A stretch of DNA of 42,134 bases. It comes from Paludibacteraceae bacterium (GTDB lineage Bacteria > Bacteroidota > Bacteroidia > Bacteroidales > Paludibacteraceae). Location: contig JAGDAS010000020.1 in NCBI GenBank assembly GCA_017959385.1, forward strand, positions 1 to 42,134, written 5' to 3'. Positions 9,101 to 20,714 of the stretch are shown piece by piece (position 1 is the first letter of the stretch; the number at the start of each line of letters is the position of its first letter). A program made the position numbers and the translations under genes. The notes under the pieces were generated by a model. That model was not told the origin of the DNA. It saw only the letters and a program-made list of their open reading frames with translations, and made no database searches.

Positions 9101-9319
9101 TTATTTGTATCTGAACGAAATACGGCCCTTGCTCAGGTCATACGGAGACATTTCCACCTTCACTTTGTCGCCCGGCAGGATGCGGATGTAGTGCATACGC
9201 ATCTTACCTGAAATGTGAGCGGTGATCTGGTGTCCGTTCTCCAATTCCACGCGGAACATGGCATTGGACAAGGCCTCGATAATGGTTCCATCCTGCTCTA
9301 TAGCTGATTGTTTCGGCAT
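9101..9319 (-). CDS. infA: Translation initiation factor IF-1
   Basis: 72 aa, [41 protein letters not shown]... Confidence 0.97.
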   Translation of the reverse strand: MPKQSAIEQDGTIIEALSNAMFRVELENGHQITAHISGKMRMHYIRILPGDKVKVEMSPYDLSKGRISFRYK

Positions 9320-9332
9320 ACGGATACTTGTG

Positions 9333-10097
9333 TTACGATTCTACAATATATTCAAATGTGGACAGAATGTCTGCCTCTCCCTTGCCTATGGCGATGGTGT
9401 GCTCAAAATGAGCCGACGGCTTGCGGTCGATCGTGCGGATGGTCCATCCGTCGCGTTCCAACACGATACCGCGGTTGCCCATATTGATCATCGGTTCGAT
9501 CGCGATGGTCATGCCCTCGCGCAGCAAAAGTCCCTGACCGCGCTTGCCGTAATTGGGAACCTCGGGTGCCTCATGCATGTCGCGGCCGATGCCGTGACCC
9601 ACCATTTCGCGCACCACAGAGAATCCGGCTGCCTGGCAATGCTGTTGGATGGCATATCCCACATCCCCCAGACGGTGCCCGGCACGCGCCTCGGCAATAC
9701 CCAGGTAAAGCGCCTCCTTGGTTGTCTGGAGCAGCTTCTTAACCTTGGGATCCACATTGCCACAGCAAAACGTATAGGCCGAATCACCATAAAAACCGTC
9801 CATCAAGGTTCCACAATCCACCGACACCACGTCGCCATCCTGCAAAGCATAGTCCGACGGAATACCGTGAACCACCTTGTCGTTGACGGAAACGCAGAGC
9901 GTATTGGGGAATCCGTCGTATCCGAGGAATCCCGGCTCAGCGCCGTTGGAACGGATAAAATCTTCGGCTATCTTGTCCAACTCGAGTGTGGTAACACCCG
10001 GTTTGACATGCTTGCCCACCTCGGCCAGCGTCTTGCCGACCAGGATATTGCTCTTGCGGAGCTTTTCGATTTCTTCCGGTGTCTTGATGTAGATCAT
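9333..10097 (-). CDS. map: Type I methionine aminopeptidase
   Basis: 254 aa with the metal-ligand context VVSVDCG...GDSAYTF...[10 protein letters not shown]. Position is secY-map-infA. Confidence 0.95.
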   Translation of the reverse strand: MIYIKTPEEIEKLRKSNILVGKTLAEVGKHVKPGVTTLELDKIAEDFIRSNGAEPGFLGYDGFPNTLCVSVNDKVVHGIPSDYALQDGDVVSVDCGTLMDGFYGDSAYTFCCGNVDPKVKKLLQTTKEALYLGIAEARAGHRLGDVGYAIQQHCQAAGFSVVREMVGHGIGRDMHEAPEVPNYGKRGQGLLLREGMTIAIEPMINMGNRGIVLERDGWTIRTIDRKPSAHFEHTIAIGKGEADILSTFEYIVES

Positions 10098-10106
10098 TTC
10101 CTTAGC

Positions 10107-11438
10107 TTAATAGGCGCCAATGGAACCACGTCCCTTGATTTTTCCACTTTCCATCAAACCATCATAGTGACGCATCAACAGATAACTTTCAATTTGTTGC
10201 AAGGTATCCAGGATAACGCCTACCATAATGATCAGCGACGTACCACCAAAGAACTGGGCGAACGAAGTGGTGACGCCGAACAGACTGGCAAACGCCGGCA
10301 TGATGGCGACAACACCCAGGAACAACGCTCCGGGCAGGGTGATGCGCGACATAATGGTATCAATGTACTCGGCGGTTGCACGACCGGGCTTCACACCGGG
10401 GACAAAACCGTTGTTCTTCTTGAGATCTTCCGAAATCTGCATCGGGTTGATCATAATCGCCGTATAGAAATACGTAAAGGCGAAAATCAAAACGAACAAT
10501 ACGAAATTGTACCAGAAGCTGGTGGAATCCATGAAAGAAGCCCAGAAACCTCCCCCCTCGGCCGACATCAGACGGGTCGACATGGAAGCGGGGATCAGCA
10601 TAAGCGCCTGTGCAAAGATAATCGGCATCACATTGGCCGCATTGACCTTGAGCGGCAGATATTGGCGGACACCGCCGTACACGCGGTTGCCCTCAACACG
10701 CTTGGCATATTGGATGGGCACGCGGCGTACGCCCTGCACCAGCATAATGGCACCGGCAATAACCAGCACGAGCACGATGATTTCGGCGAGGAACAAGACC
10801 AGACCGCCGGCGCCGTTGGCGCTCAAACTGTCGGAGAAAGCCTCGGCGATGGCACGCGGGAAACGGGCGATAATACCGATCATGATGATGAACGACACAC
10901 CGTTACCGATGCCGCGTTCCGTGATGCGCTCACCCAGCCACAGCACGAACATACTGCCGGCCGAAAGGATGATGACAGAAATAATACGGAAAGACAAGCT
11001 GGCGGGCAGATTCAAGGGACCCGTCATCGAAATGATGTAGGCCGAGCCTTGAATAATCAAAATGGCAACCGTCAGCCAACGCGTGATCTTGTTCAGCTCG
11101 CGACGGCCGGATTCGCCCTCCATCTGCCACTTCTTGAACTTGGGGATCACCATGCCGAGAAGTTGTACGATAATGGACGCCGAAATGTACGGCATGATAC
11201 CCAACGCAAAGATAGAGGCATGCGTAAAGGCACCACCCGAGAACATATCCAACAAAGACATCATGGCCGAGTTGCTGGCCGCGCTGCTCATTTCATTCAG
11301 CGCGTTCACATCCACACCGGGAAGCACGATGAAAGAACCGAGACGGTACACCAGCACCAACAAAATGGTGATGCCCAGGCGCTGTCTCAGCTCCTCAATC
11401 TTGAAAATGTTCCGAATTGTCTCAACGAATTTTCTCAT
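10107..11438 (-). CDS. secY: Preprotein translocase subunit SecY
   Basis: 443 aa, polytopic membrane protein, MRKFVETIRNIFKIEELRQRLGITILLVLVYRLGSFIVLPG... Confidence 0.97.
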   Translation of the reverse strand: MRKFVETIRNIFKIEELRQRLGITILLVLVYRLGSFIVLPGVDVNALNEMSSAASNSAMMSLLDMFSGGAFTHASIFALGIMPYISASIIVQLLGMVIPKFKKWQMEGESGRRELNKITRWLTVAILIIQGSAYIISMTGPLNLPASLSFRIISVIILSAGSMFVLWLGERITERGIGNGVSFIIMIGIIARFPRAIAEAFSDSLSANGAGGLVLFLAEIIVLVLVIAGAIMLVQGVRRVPIQYAKRVEGNRVYGGVRQYLPLKVNAANVMPIIFAQALMLIPASMSTRLMSAEGGGFWASFMDSTSFWYNFVLFVLIFAFTYFYTAIMINPMQISEDLKKNNGFVPGVKPGRATAEYIDTIMSRITLPGALFLGVVAIMPAFASLFGVTTSFAQFFGGTSLIIMVGVILDTLQQIESYLLMRHYDGLMESGKIKGRGSIGAY

Positions 11439-11448
11439 AAAAACGTGA

Positions 11449-11895
11449 TTATAAAGTTACAGCACTGCCTCCTGCCTTCTCGATGGCGGCAACAGCGGCA
11501 GCCGAGAACGCATGGGCAGAAACTTCCAACTTGGAGGTCAATTCACCCTTGGCAAGAATCTTCACCAATTGGTTGCCCGACACAAAACCGGCGTCCATCA
11601 AATCCTGAATGCCGATCTTGGTAAGCTGCTTGCTTTCGGCAAGAGCCTGCAGAGTGGACAAGTTGATGGCCTTGTACTCAACACGGTTGATGTTCTTGAA
11701 ACCGAACTTGGGCAAACGACGCTGCATAGGCATCTGACCACCCTCAAAACCGATCTTGTTCTTGTAACCCGAACGGGACTTGGCACCTTTGTGGCCACGG
11801 GTGGAGGTACCACCCAGACCGGAACCGATACCACGACCTACTCTCTTACGTATTTTTACGGAACCTGCAGCAGGTTTCAAATTGCTTAAATCCAT
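11449..11895 (-). CDS. rplO: 50S ribosomal protein L15
   Basis: MDLSNLKPAAGSVKIRKRVGRGIGSGLGGTSTRGHKG... Confidence 0.97.
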   Translation of the reverse strand: MDLSNLKPAAGSVKIRKRVGRGIGSGLGGTSTRGHKGAKSRSGYKNKIGFEGGQMPMQRRLPKFGFKNINRVEYKAINLSTLQALAESKQLTKIGIQDLMDAGFVSGNQLVKILAKGELTSKLEVSAHAFSAAAVAAIEKAGGSAVTL

Positions 11896-11921
11896 ATTCT
11901 ACAATTTTTTGTTGAAATAAA

Positions 11922-12098
11922 TTAATCCACTACTTCAACGAGGTGTCTTACCTTGTTGATCATACCCAAAATCTGAGGAGTGGCCTCATGCTCAACCACC
12001 CGGTTCAATTTTCTGAGTCCAAGGGCATCGAGGGTCAACTTCTGGTCCTTGGGAGCACCGATACGGCTCTTTACTTGCTTTACTTTAATCGTTGCCAT
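11922..12098 (-). CDS. rpmD: 50S ribosomal protein L30
   Basis: [37 protein letters not shown]... An alternative ATG lies two codons upstream at 12104. Confidence 0.93.
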   Translation of the reverse strand: MATIKVKQVKSRIGAPKDQKLTLDALGLRKLNRVVEHEATPQILGMINKVRHLVEVVD

Positions 12099-12106
12099 GG
12101 TCATTC

Positions 12107-12622
12107 TTATTTACCGGTAAACACTTTTTCAATCGATACACCTCTGTCCTGAGCCACCTGGTAGGCGTCACGCATCTGGCTGAGAGCCAAAATCGTAGCT
12201 TTCACCAAGTTGTGGGGGTTGGACGAACCTTTGGACTTGGCCAGCACGTCGGTCACGCCCACGCTCTCCAATACGGCACGCATAGCACCACCGGCCTTTA
12301 CACCGGTACCGGTCGTAGCCGGTTTGAGGAGCACCTCGGCGCCACGGAACTTGGCCACCTGCTCGTGGGGAATCGTACCCTTGCGGACAGGGACCTTGAT
12401 CAAATTCTTCTTGGCGGCTTCAACGCCCTTGGCAATTGCCGCGGTAACCTCGTTGGCCTTACCAAGACCCCAACCCACGATGCCGTTTTCGTTGCCTACA
12501 ACGACAATGGCGGCGAATGTAAAGGCACGACCACCCTTGGTCACCTTCACAACGCGGTTGATTGCCACCAATCTATCTTTAAGTTCGCTATCGTTAGCGA
12601 CTCTGATTACATTATTTGCCAT
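12107..12622 (-). CDS. rpsE: 30S ribosomal protein S5
   Basis: 171 aa, ...[39 protein letters not shown]... Confidence 0.97.
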   Translation of the reverse strand: MANNVIRVANDSELKDRLVAINRVVKVTKGGRAFTFAAIVVVGNENGIVGWGLGKANEVTAAIAKGVEAAKKNLIKVPVRKGTIPHEQVAKFRGAEVLLKPATTGTGVKAGGAMRAVLESVGVTDVLAKSKGSSNPHNLVKATILALSQMRDAYQVAQDRGVSIEKVFTGK

Positions 12623-12630
12623 ACTTGTGA

Positions 12631-12987
12631 TTAAAATTTGAGACCAGCTTTACGAGCGGCTTCCGCCAACTCTTTGATTCTACCGTGATACAAGAAACCG
12701 TTACGATCGAAAACGACTTGCTCAATGCCGGCGGCGATCGCCTTCTTGGCTACCAACTCGCCCACTTTGGCCGACTTCTCGGTCTTGGTCATCTTGTCCT
12801 TGATTGCCAACGAGGATTCGGAAACGAGCGTTTTACCGGAACCATTGGCAGCCGTATCGTCAATGATCTGAACATAAATCTGGTCATTGCTTCTGAACAC
12901 CGTCATACGGGGCTTCTCGGCCGTGCCGGAAATCTTGCCGCGTACGCTGGCTTTAATCTTCAATCTTCTTGCTATTTTATCCGTCAT
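12631..12987 (-). CDS. rplR: 50S ribosomal protein L18
   Basis: 118 aa, ...[19 protein letters not shown]...[26 protein letters not shown]. Confidence 0.97.
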   Translation of the reverse strand: MTDKIARRLKIKASVRGKISGTAEKPRMTVFRSNDQIYVQIIDDTAANGSGKTLVSESSLAIKDKMTKTEKSAKVGELVAKKAIAAGIEQVVFDRNGFLYHGRIKELAEAARKAGLKF

Positions 12988-13005
12988 GATACGATCTTTT
13001 TAAGG

Positions 13006-13560
13006 TTATTTAGCACCAGCAGACTTGCCGGCTTTTCTGCGAATTTGCTCACCCACAAACTTAACACCCTTACCTTTGTACGGTTCAGGCTCGCGGAACG
13101 AACGAATCTTGGCACACACCTGACCCAGAAGCTGCTTGTCGCAGGACTCCAGCGTGATCAGCGGGTTCTGGTTACGTTCGGTCTTCGTCTCAACCTTGAT
13201 TTCGGGAGCGAGTTTGATGAAAATGGGGTGGGTGTAACCCAGTGCAAGCTCAAGCACTTGGCCGTTGTTGGAGGCGCGGAAACCCACACCGACCAACTCG
13301 AGGGTCTCTTTGTATCCCTCGGAAACACCTACAACCATATTGTGGATAAGCGCGCGGTACAGACCGTGCATGGAACGCGTCTCACGTTCGTCGTTGGGAC
13401 GGGAAACGCTGATTTGACCGTCTTCTACTTTAACTTCGATAGCCGGATTTATCGATTGTTTCAACTCACCTTTAGGACCCTTTACTGTCACCACCGAATC
13501 GGCAACCGTTACGGTAACGCCTTTGGGCAAGCTGATGGGCAATTTTCCTATTCTAGACAT
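13006..13560 (-). CDS. rplF: 50S ribosomal protein L6
   Basis: MSRIGKLPISLPKGVTVTV...; 184 aa. Confidence 0.97.
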   Translation of the reverse strand: MSRIGKLPISLPKGVTVTVADSVVTVKGPKGELKQSINPAIEVKVEDGQISVSRPNDERETRSMHGLYRALIHNMVVGVSEGYKETLELVGVGFRASNNGQVLELALGYTHPIFIKLAPEIKVETKTERNQNPLITLESCDKQLLGQVCAKIRSFREPEPYKGKGVKFVGEQIRRKAGKSAGAK

Positions 13561-13578
13561 AATTCTTTCCTCCTCTCA

Positions 13579-13974
13579 TTAATAAACGTAGCACAATACT
13601 TCACCGCCCACATTCTCTTCGCGGGCCTGCTTGTCAGTCATTACACCTTTGGAGGTGGAAATAATGGCGATACCCAAACCGTTGAGCACACGCGGAAGGT
13701 CCTTGTGGCTGGTATAGGTACGCAAACCGGGCTTGGACACACGCTCCAGGCCCTTGATGGCGTTCACCTTGTTGGATTGGTCATACTTCAAGGCGATTTT
13801 GATGGTTCCCTGGGGACCATCTTCTACAAACTTGTAGTTCAAGATGAAACCCTGATCGAAAAGGATCTTGGTCACTTCTTTTTTCAAATTTGACGCGGGC
13901 ACCTCCACTACGCGGTGACCAGCTTTGATTGCATTGCGCAAACGCGTCAAATAATCTGCAATAGGATCAGTCAT
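13579..13974 (-). CDS. rpsH: 30S ribosomal protein S8
   Basis: [33 protein letters not shown]...; 131 aa. Confidence 0.97.
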   Translation of the reverse strand: MTDPIADYLTRLRNAIKAGHRVVEVPASNLKKEVTKILFDQGFILNYKFVEDGPQGTIKIALKYDQSNKVNAIKGLERVSKPGLRTYTSHKDLPRVLNGLGIAIISTSKGVMTDKQAREENVGGEVLCYVY

Positions 13975-14042
13975 TTTATTTCTTTTTTAAATTAATCCGG
14001 ACCGCCCGGACAATATTTATCATTAATTCTTGCTCGATTCGA

Positions 14043-14312
14043 TTACCAGCTGGCTTTCTTTACGCCGGGAATCAAACCCTTGGAGGCCATTTCGCGGAAT
14101 TGGATACGGGACAGGCCGAAAATACGCATATAACCCTTGGGACGACCCGTCAATTTGCAACGGTTGTGCAGACGTACGGGAGAAGCGTTCTTGGGCAGGC
14201 TCTGCAAAGCCTCGTAATTTCCTTCGGCTTTGTACTGTTCCCTTTTGGCAGCGTACTTGGCGACCAGCTTGGCTCTCTTCACCTCGCGGGCTTTCATGGA
14301 TTCTTTTGCCAT
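14043..14312 (-). CDS. rpsN: 30S ribosomal protein S14 (long, non-zinc form)
   Basis: 89 aa, ...[43 protein letters not shown]. Confidence 0.96.
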   Translation of the reverse strand: MAKESMKAREVKRAKLVAKYAAKREQYKAEGNYEALQSLPKNASPVRLHNRCKLTGRPKGYMRIFGLSRIQFREMASKGLIPGVKKASW

Positions 14313-14321
14313 AACTCTCTC

Positions 14322-14864
14322 TTATTTTTTAAACGGTAAACCAAATTCTTTCAGCAAAGCGAAAGCTTCTTCATCGGTCGGAGCAGAGGTAACGAACGTA
14401 ATGTTCATACCCATGATCTTGCTGACGGAATCAATGTTGATTTCGGGGAAGATGATCTGCTCGGTGATGCCCAGCGTGTAATTGCCACGGCCGTCCATCT
14501 TGCTGTTGATACCCTTGAAGTCGCGGATACGGGGCAAAGCCACGCGTACAAGCTTCTCGAGGAATTCGTACATACGCTCGCGACGCAGGGTTACGCATAC
14601 GCCGATCGGCATCTTTTTACGAACCTTGAAGTTGGCGATATCCTTGCGGGAATAGGTAGCCACAGCCTTCTGACCGGCGATAGCGGTCATTTCGTTGATA
14701 GCCACCTCGATGATCTTCTTGTCGGCAACGGCGCTTCCCAAGCCCTGGTTCAGAACGATCTTCTCCAAAACGGGAATCTGCATGGCCGACTTGTAGCCGA
14801 ACTGCTTCATCAGAGCCGGCGCGATGCGCTCGGCATAGTCTTTCTTTAAACTTGCGGTATTCAT
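14322..14864 (-). CDS. rplE: 50S ribosomal protein L5
   Basis: 180 aa, ...[13 protein letters not shown]...[10 protein letters not shown]...[10 protein letters not shown]... Confidence 0.97.
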   Translation of the reverse strand: MNTASLKKDYAERIAPALMKQFGYKSAMQIPVLEKIVLNQGLGSAVADKKIIEVAINEMTAIAGQKAVATYSRKDIANFKVRKKMPIGVCVTLRRERMYEFLEKLVRVALPRIRDFKGINSKMDGRGNYTLGITEQIIFPEINIDSVSKIMGMNITFVTSAPTDEEAFALLKEFGLPFKK

Positions 14865-15178
14865 TACTTGATTTCCTCCCCTGTTGTTTTTGCGTAACGA
14901 ACTAATTTTCCGTCAACCACCTTTCTGCCGATGCGGGTCGGTTTGTTGTTCTTGTCCACCGGATTCAGGTTGGAGATATGAATGGAAGCTTCCTTCTTCA
15001 CGATTCCGCCTTGCGGGTTCTTGGCATTGGGCTTGGTGTGCTTGGAAACCATATTCAGACCTTCAACGATAGCACGCTGCTTGTCAACGAGGACTTCCAG
15101 GACACGACCGGTCTTGCCTTTGTCGTCGCCGGCGTTTACATAAACCGTGTCTCCTTTTTTGATATGCAATTTACTCAT
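14864..15178 (-). CDS. rplX: 50S ribosomal protein L24
   Basis: [29 protein letters not shown]...; its stop overlaps the rplE start by 1 nt. Confidence 0.97.
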   Translation of the reverse strand: MSKLHIKKGDTVYVNAGDDKGKTGRVLEVLVDKQRAIVEGLNMVSKHTKPNAKNPQGGIVKKEASIHISNLNPVDKNNKPTRIGRKVVDGKLVRYAKTTGEEIK

Positions 15179-15197
15179 CTCTGTAAAAATTTGCGGA

Positions 15198-15563
15198 TTA
15201 AAGTACTTCGGGTGCCAACGAAACGATCTTCATGTTGGTGGCACGCAATTCACGGGCAACGGGGCCGAAGATACGGCTGCCGCGCATTTCACCAGTACCG
15301 TTGAGCAATACGCAGGCGTTATCATCGAAACGGATGTAGGAACCGTCGGCACGACGGACCTCCTTCTTGGTACGTACGACAACTGCCTTGGAAACGGCAC
15401 CCTTCTTCAAGTCGCTGGAGGGGATTACGGACTTAACCGAAACTACGATGATATCCCCTACCGTAGCATAGCGCTTGCCCGTACCACCCAGAACACGGAT
15501 GCAGAGGGCTTCCTTAGCGCCGCTGTTATCGGCTACTGTAAGTCTACTTTCTTGCTGTATCAT
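15198..15563 (-). CDS. rplN: 50S ribosomal protein L14
   Basis: [27 protein letters not shown]...; 121 aa. Confidence 0.98.
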   Translation of the reverse strand: MIQQESRLTVADNSGAKEALCIRVLGGTGKRYATVGDIIVVSVKSVIPSSDLKKGAVSKAVVVRTKKEVRRADGSYIRFDDNACVLLNGTGEMRGSRIFGPVARELRATNMKIVSLAPEVL

Positions 15564-15566
15564 AGT

Positions 15567-15818
15567 TTATTTTGCTTTTTCGATGATTTCTACTAATCTC
15601 CATCTTTTGGTCTTGCTCAAGGGACGGGTCTCCATAATTCTTACGGTGTCACCGATGCCGCACTCATTCTTCTCGTCATGAGCATGGTACTTCTTCGTCT
15701 TGTTGACGAACTTGCCGTAGATAGGATGCTTCTCCTTCCACTTGACAGCGACCGTGATGGTCTTGTCCATCTTATTGCTGGATACTACGCCTTGTCTTTC
15801 TTTTCTTAGATTTCTCAT
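15567..15818 (-). CDS. rpsQ: 30S ribosomal protein S17
   Basis: 83 aa, ...[18 protein letters not shown]...HPIYGKFV...YHAHDE...GD.V.I.ETRPLSK.K.W.L. Confidence 0.96.
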   Translation of the reverse strand: MRNLRKERQGVVSSNKMDKTITVAVKWKEKHPIYGKFVNKTKKYHAHDEKNECGIGDTVRIMETRPLSKTKRWRLVEIIEKAK

Positions 15819-15829
15819 ATCAGGCAGTA

Positions 15830-16030
15830 TTAATTTTGTTTATTCAGTTCTCTTTGGCGAAGTTCGGTCATCAGACGGGCGATGTTCTTGCGCGCCTCGG
15901 CGATCTTGCTGGTGTTCTCCAGAGGAGATACCGCATGATTCATCTTCATCTGAGCGAGCGATGCCTTCTCCACGGCGATTTTCTCGCGGATCTCGTTGTC
16001 TTGCAACTCCTTAATTTCTGCAGTCTTCAT
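15830..16030 (-). CDS. rpmC: 50S ribosomal protein L29
   Basis: [39 protein letters not shown]... An alternative ATG two codons upstream (16036) overlaps the rplP stop. Confidence 0.94.
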   Translation of the reverse strand: MKTAEIKELQDNEIREKIAVEKASLAQMKMNHAVSPLENTSKIAEARKNIARLMTELRQRELNKQN

Positions 16031-16035
16031 ACTCA

Positions 16036-16470
16036 TTAAGCATTTTCAGATTGATAATCGTAGTCGTTGCGGACAACGAACTTGGTGGTTACCGGGAGTT
16101 TCTGGGCTGCCAGGCGGAGCGCCTCCTTGGCGATTTCGAAGGATACACCCTCCACTTCGAACAGCATTCTGCCCGGAGTAACGGTGGCCACGAAACCTTC
16201 GGGGTTACCTTTACCTTTACCCATACGTACATCCAACGGCTTTTTGGAGATTGCCTTGTCGGGGAAGATGCGAACCCACACCTGACCCTGACGCTGCATG
16301 TAGCGCGTTACGGCGATACGGGCAGCCTCGATCTGACGTCCCGTGATCCATTTGGTCTGCAGGGACTTTATTCCGAAAGAACCGAATGCAAGCTGGTTGC
16401 CGCGTTGGGCGTTGCCCTTCATGCGGCCTTTCTGCTGCCTTCTGAACTTTGTTTTCTTAGGTTGTAACAT
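16036..16470 (-). CDS. rplP: 50S ribosomal protein L16
   Basis: [35 protein letters not shown]...; 144 aa. Confidence 0.98.
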   Translation of the reverse strand: MLQPKKTKFRRQQKGRMKGNAQRGNQLAFGSFGIKSLQTKWITGRQIEAARIAVTRYMQRQGQVWVRIFPDKAISKKPLDVRMGKGKGNPEGFVATVTPGRMLFEVEGVSFEIAKEALRLAAQKLPVTTKFVVRNDYDYQSENA

Positions 16471-16492
16471 AACTGATTAAATAAAACGATAA

Positions 16493-17209
16493 TTACTTTC
16501 TTTTCTTACCAAAGCCTCTTTTGCCTTCACCGGCACCTACACGGCCGCTTTCCTTGTTGACGAATTGCGGCGTCAGGTCAGCCTTGCCGTAAACCTCGCC
16601 ACGGCAGATCCACACCTTGATACCGATAATACCCACCTTGGTCAATGCGTCCACCTGGGCGTAATCGATGTCGGCGCGGAAGGTATGCAACGGCGTACGA
16701 CCTTCCTTGAAAATTTCGGAACGGCTCATTTCAGCACCGTTCAAACGGCCGGAAACCTGAATCTTGATACCTTCGGCACCCAGACGCATCGTCGAGGCGA
16801 TAGCCAACTTGACCGCACGGCGGTAAGCTACCTTGCCTTCAATCTGGCGGGCAATGTTGCCGGCCACGATGGCAGCGTCCAACTCGGGCTTCTTGATCTC
16901 GAAGATGTTGATCTGAACCTCCTTGTCGGTGATCTTCTTCAGTTCCTCCTTCAGTTTGTCCACTTCCTGACCACCCTTGCCGATGATCATACCCGGACGC
17001 GGCGTGCATACGGTAATGGTGACAAGCTTCAGAGTGCGCTCGATAACAATACGGGAAATGCTGGCCTTGGCCAAACGTACTTCCAGGTACTTTCTCAATT
17101 TGGAATCTTCCAGGATGGTATCACCGTAGTTCTTACCACCGAACCAGTTGGAATCCCAACCTTTTACAATTCCCAAACGGTTGCTAACCGGATTAACTTT
17201 CTGTCCCAT
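16493..17209 (-). CDS. rpsC: 30S ribosomal protein S3
   Basis: [25 protein letters not shown]...; 238 aa. Confidence 0.98.
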   Translation of the reverse strand: MGQKVNPVSNRLGIVKGWDSNWFGGKNYGDTILEDSKLRKYLEVRLAKASISRIVIERTLKLVTITVCTPRPGMIIGKGGQEVDKLKEELKKITDKEVQINIFEIKKPELDAAIVAGNIARQIEGKVAYRRAVKLAIASTMRLGAEGIKIQVSGRLNGAEMSRSEIFKEGRTPLHTFRADIDYAQVDALTKVGIIGIKVWICRGEVYGKADLTPQFVNKESGRVGAGEGKRGFGKKRK

Positions 17210-17216
17210 TCCAGCC

Positions 17217-17624
17217 TTAATTTTTATCGTTATTATTCACACTGTCCACTACGATGGTGACGTGATTGGAACGCTTGCGGATACGGTAACCGCGACCTTG
17301 CGGTGCGGGACGCATGCGCTTCAACGTACGGCCACAATCTACATTAACTGCCTTTACAACCAACTGTTCGTCATCGGCTTTCTTGCCGGTCTTGGCTTCC
17401 CAGTTGGCAATGGCTGAACGCAACAACTTCTCCAGACGGCCGGAAGCCTCCTTCGTGGAGAACTTCAGCATACCCAGCGCCTTCTGAACTTCAACGCCGC
17501 GGATCATATCCGCAACCAGACGCATTTTGCGCGGGGAGGTGGGAACGTCGTTGAGCTTTGCAAAGTAAAGCGACTTTTGAGCCTCTTTACGATTTTCTGC
17601 TGTTTGTCTTTTTCTAACACCCAT
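17217..17624 (-). CDS. rplV: 50S ribosomal protein L22
   Basis: 135 aa, ...[21 protein letters not shown]... Confidence 0.96.
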   Translation of the reverse strand: MGVRKRQTAENRKEAQKSLYFAKLNDVPTSPRKMRLVADMIRGVEVQKALGMLKFSTKEASGRLEKLLRSAIANWEAKTGKKADDEQLVVKAVNVDCGRTLKRMRPAPQGRGYRIRKRSNHVTIVVDSVNNNDKN

Positions 17625-17635
17625 ATTCTATAATT

Positions 17636-17902
17636 TTATTTTCTGTTACCACTGTGTCCGCGGAAAGTACGGGTCGGAGCGAATTCGCCCAACTTGTGAC
17701 CAACCATATTCTCGGTAACATATACCGGAATGAACTTGTTGCCGTTGTGTACGGCAATCGTGTGACCGACAAAGTCCGGCGAGATCATAGAGGCTCTGGA
17801 CCAGGTCTTAACCACGGATTTCTTATTCGATTCGTTCATAGCGACAATCTTCTTCTCGAGTTTAACGCTGATAAACGGTCCTTTTTTTAACGAACGACTC
17901 AT
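17636..17902 (-). CDS. rpsS: 30S ribosomal protein S19
   Basis: [18 protein letters not shown]...[38 protein letters not shown]. Confidence 0.98.
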   Translation of the reverse strand: MSRSLKKGPFISVKLEKKIVAMNESNKKSVVKTWSRASMISPDFVGHTIAVHNGNKFIPVYVTENMVGHKLGEFAPTRTFRGHSGNRK

Positions 17903-17927
17903 TGTGTTTAGTTCTTACGGATTAAAC

Positions 17928-18752
17928 TTACTTTTTCTTTCTCTCGATAATGTACTTGTTCGAAGCTTTCTTCGGGGTACGAGTCTTGTAACCCTTAGCC
18001 AACAAGCCCTTACGAGATCTCGGATGGCCACCGGATGCACGACCTTCACCACCACCCATCGGGTGATCGACAGGGTTCATGACAACACCACGGTTGTGGG
18101 GACGGCGTCCCAACCAACGGGAGCGGCCGGCTTTGCCGGACTGTTCCAACGCATGGTCGGAATTGCCTACCACACCGATGGTAGCCTTGCAAGAACATAA
18201 AATCATACGAGTTTCGCCGGAAGGCAGCTTCACGATGGCATACTTGCCTTCACGTGAAGTCAGCTGGGCGAACGTACCGGCCGAACGGACGAAAGTCGCG
18301 CCCTGGCCCGGACGGAGTTCAATGTTGTGGATAACAGTACCCAGCGGAATGTTCTGGAGGGGAAGCGAGTTGCCTACCTCGGGAGCGGCGTTTTCGCCGG
18401 AGAGGAGCACCTGGCCTACTTCCAGACCGTTGGGAGCGAGGATGTAGCGCTTTTCGCCGTCAGCATAAAACAACAAAGCGATACGGGCCGAACGGTTCGG
18501 ATCGTATTCAATGGTTTTAACTGTTGCGGGGATACCGTCTTTTTCACGCTTGAAATCAATTACTCTGAATTTTCTCTTGCTTCCGCCACCGATATAACGC
18601 ATGGTCATCTTACCCGTGTTGTTACGGCCACCGGTCTTGGTCTTGCCGAAAACAAGAGATTTCTCTGGAACACTGCTGGTAATCGTGTCAAATGTTCCAA
18701 TAATCTTGTGTCTCTGCCCCGGAGTTGCGGGGTTGAATTTGCGTACAGCCAT
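17928..18752 (-). CDS. rplB: 50S ribosomal protein L2
   Basis: [19 protein letters not shown]...[13 protein letters not shown]...; 274 aa. Confidence 0.98.
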   Translation of the reverse strand: MAVRKFNPATPGQRHKIIGTFDTITSSVPEKSLVFGKTKTGGRNNTGKMTMRYIGGGSKRKFRVIDFKREKDGIPATVKTIEYDPNRSARIALLFYADGEKRYILAPNGLEVGQVLLSGENAAPEVGNSLPLQNIPLGTVIHNIELRPGQGATFVRSAGTFAQLTSREGKYAIVKLPSGETRMILCSCKATIGVVGNSDHALEQSGKAGRSRWLGRRPHNRGVVMNPVDHPMGGGEGRASGGHPRSRKGLLAKGYKTRTPKKASNKYIIERKKK

Positions 18753-18761
18753 TTCTGTTTA

Positions 18762-19052
18762 TTAAATGTTGCTATAAAAATCAATTACGTCGCCTTGCTT
18801 CAGAGTAACCACGGCTTTCTTGAAGTCGGATTCTCTGCCGCAGATCAAGCCGGCTTTCGTGTAACGGCTCTTGTTCTTGCCGATCACGTTCGTCGTATTG
18901 ACGGCCTCAACGGTCACACCGTAAGCTGCCTCGACGGCTTTCTTGATCTCAATTTTGTTGGCATCTTTGGCCACCTGAAATGCATAACGGCCCAATTTCT
19001 CGCTTTGACTAGTCGCCTTTTCGGTGATAATCGGTTTGATGATAATCGTCAT
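18762..19052 (-). CDS. rplW: 50S ribosomal protein L23
   Basis: 96 aa, MTIIIKPIITEKATSQSEKLGRYAFQVAKDANKIEIKKAVE... Confidence 0.96.
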   Translation of the reverse strand: MTIIIKPIITEKATSQSEKLGRYAFQVAKDANKIEIKKAVEAAYGVTVEAVNTTNVIGKNKSRYTKAGLICGRESDFKKAVVTLKQGDVIDFYSNI

Positions 19053-19066
19053 AGTTCTTGTCCTCC

Positions 19067-19696
19067 TTATGCATTAAACGAGGCGCAGATTGCTGCCAGA
19101 GCCTTCTCCGTCAACAAAATACGACCTGCATCCATAATTTTGTACGTGTTCATTTCACTGGAAAGAGCCACGTTTGACTTCTCCAGATTACGAGCCGACA
19201 AATATACGTTTTTATTTGCTTCCGCTAAAACTAAAACGGACTTTTTATCGTCAGATTTCAAATTTTTCAGCAAATTCGTGAAATTTTTGGTCTTCGGAGC
19301 GTCGAAAGTGAAGTCTTCCACCACCACGATGGCATCTTCCTTCGCCTTGTAGGTCCAAGCCGACTTGCGGGCCAATTGTTTCACCTTTTTGTTCAATTTG
19401 AAATCGTAATCGCGGGGAACGGGACCGAAGATACGGCCACCACCTACGCGAACCGGAGATTTGATGTCACCGGGACGGGCGCCGCCGCCGCCTTTCTGGC
19501 GACCGAGTTTGCGCGTACTGCCGGCGATTTCGCTACGTTCTTTGGACTTGTGCGTTCCCTGACGCGAATTGGCCATGAATTGCTTAACGTCCAAGTAAAT
19601 AGCGTGATCGTTCGGCTCAATTCCGAAAATGGAATCATCCAAGGAAACCTTTCTGCCGGTATCCTTGCCTTCGATGTTATAAATGCTCAGTTCCAT
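19067..19696 (-). CDS. rplD: 50S ribosomal protein L4
   Basis: 209 aa, ...[33 protein letters not shown]... Confidence 0.96.
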   Translation of the reverse strand: MELSIYNIEGKDTGRKVSLDDSIFGIEPNDHAIYLDVKQFMANSRQGTHKSKERSEIAGSTRKLGRQKGGGGARPGDIKSPVRVGGGRIFGPVPRDYDFKLNKKVKQLARKSAWTYKAKEDAIVVVEDFTFDAPKTKNFTNLLKNLKSDDKKSVLVLAEANKNVYLSARNLEKSNVALSSEMNTYKIMDAGRILLTEKALAAICASFNA

Positions 19697-20313
19697 TACT
19701 TGTTTACAATTACGATTGAACCTTTGGCACCCGGAACAGAACCCTTGATAAGCAAGAGGTTGTTCTCCGGAATCACCTTAATAATCTCGAGGTTTTGAAC
19801 CGTCACGCGGTCACCGCCCATACGGCCGCCCATGCGCATACCCTTGAACACCTTCGCGGGATAGGAGCAGGCGCCGATAGAACCCGGCTTTCTGGCACGG
19901 TTGTGCTGGCCGTGGGTCGTCTGACCTACACCGCCAAAACCATGACGCTTTACAACACCCTGGAAGCCGTGGCCTTTGGAGGTACCGATTACATCAGCCC
20001 ACTCCGTGCCTTCGAACATCTCAACGGTGAAAACGTCACCCAACTTGAGGTCACCCTCAAAACCCTTGAACTCGACCAAGTGTCTTTGCGGAGCCACGTT
20101 TGCCTTCTTGAACAAACCTGCCTCGGGTTTCGTCACATGCTTTTCGCTCTTTTCAGAGAAACCCAGTTGCACAGCCTCGTAACCATCCTTTTCCATGGTC
20201 TTGATCTGTGTAACAACACAAGGACCAGCTTCGATAACAGTGCATGGAATATTTTTTCCCTCGGCACTGAAAACGGAAGTCATTCCGATTTTTTTTCCAA
20301 TTAATCCTGGCAT
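19696..20313 (-). CDS. rplC: 50S ribosomal protein L3
   Basis: [32 protein letters not shown]...; 205 aa. Confidence 0.98.
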   Translation of the reverse strand: MPGLIGKKIGMTSVFSAEGKNIPCTVIEAGPCVVTQIKTMEKDGYEAVQLGFSEKSEKHVTKPEAGLFKKANVAPQRHLVEFKGFEGDLKLGDVFTVEMFEGTEWADVIGTSKGHGFQGVVKRHGFGGVGQTTHGQHNRARKPGSIGACSYPAKVFKGMRMGGRMGGDRVTVQNLEIIKVIPENNLLLIKGSVPGAKGSIVIVNK

Positions 20314-20352
20314 TTCAATGTTTATTAAATAGTTCCTTTTCTGTTTTCTTTA

Positions 20353-20658
20353 TCAAACCTTGATCTCTACGTCCACACCGCTGGGCAGCTCAAGCTTCAT
20401 CAGCGCGTCAACAGTCTTGGCTGTCGAGCTGTAGATGTCAATCAGACGCTTGTAAGCGGACAATTGGAACTGCTCACGCGACTTCTTGTTGACGAAGGTC
20501 GAACGGTTGACGGTAAAGATGCGCTTGTGCGTGGGCAGAGGAATCGGACCACTCACGATGGCACCCGTAGCTTTCACGGTTTTTACGATCTTCTCGGCGG
20601 ATTTGTCCACCAGGCTGTAATCGTAAGATTGCAATTTGATTCGAATTTTTTGGCTCAT
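20353..20658 (-). CDS. rpsJ: 30S ribosomal protein S10
   Basis: [43 protein letters not shown]...; 101 aa. Confidence 0.98.
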   Translation of the reverse strand: MSQKIRIKLQSYDYSLVDKSAEKIVKTVKATGAIVSGPIPLPTHKRIFTVNRSTFVNKKSREQFQLSAYKRLIDIYSSTAKTVDALMKLELPSGVDVEIKV

Positions 20659-20680
20659 TTTATTTAAAATAAACGGTTAA

Positions 20681-20714
20681 GCAGGGAGTTAAGAATCATT
20701 TGCTAACTCCCTGC
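20681..20714 (-). promoter_or_regulatory. Perfect 11-bp stem-loop in the fusA-rpsJ spacer (candidate attenuator, processing or stabiliser element)
   Basis: GCAGGGAGTTA (20681-20691) and TAACTCCCTGC (20704-20714) are exact reverse complements around a 12-nt loop. On the transcribed minus strand the stem is followed by UUAACCGUUUAUUUUAAAUAAA and then the rpsJ AUG. Confidence 0.5.

Noticed and set aside
9222-11624. An 800-aa plus-strand ORF spanning the antisense of infA, map, secY and part of rplO.
   Set aside because: It is codon-aligned with map and secY on the opposite strand: their codons and the ORF both start at coordinates divisible by 3. A stop in the ORF would therefore require a TTA, CTA or TCA sense codon, and these highly expressed genes simply avoid those codons. 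It starts at GTG, has a low-complexity H/R/G/D/N-rich composition and no recognisable domain, and overlaps unambiguous essential genes. It is a shadow ORF.
12685-13893. Other long antisense or alternative-frame ORFs: 12685..13893 (402 aa), 18327..19352 (341 aa), 36969..37943 (324 aa), 37958..39058 (366 aa), 24355..25194, 25630..26508, 27266..28120, 32532..33404, 32917..33669, 34137..34778, 184..705 and 395..757.
   Set aside because: Each lies entirely within, and opposite or out of frame to, a gene with strong homology-type signatures (r-proteins, rseP, dxr, the HD protein, mlaF, the GHL10 hydrolase, the esterase, the histidine kinase). Compositions are Arg/Gly/His/Pro-rich and typical of off-frame translation of GC-rich coding DNA.
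13996-14010. A small GC hairpin (TCCGG-N5-CCGGA) flanked by ATTAAT repeats in the 68-nt rpsN-rpsH spacer, considered as an S8 operator.
   Set aside because: It has only 5 bp, shows no resemblance to the known S8 binding site that I can confirm, and has no flanking U-tract. That is too weak to call without comparative data.
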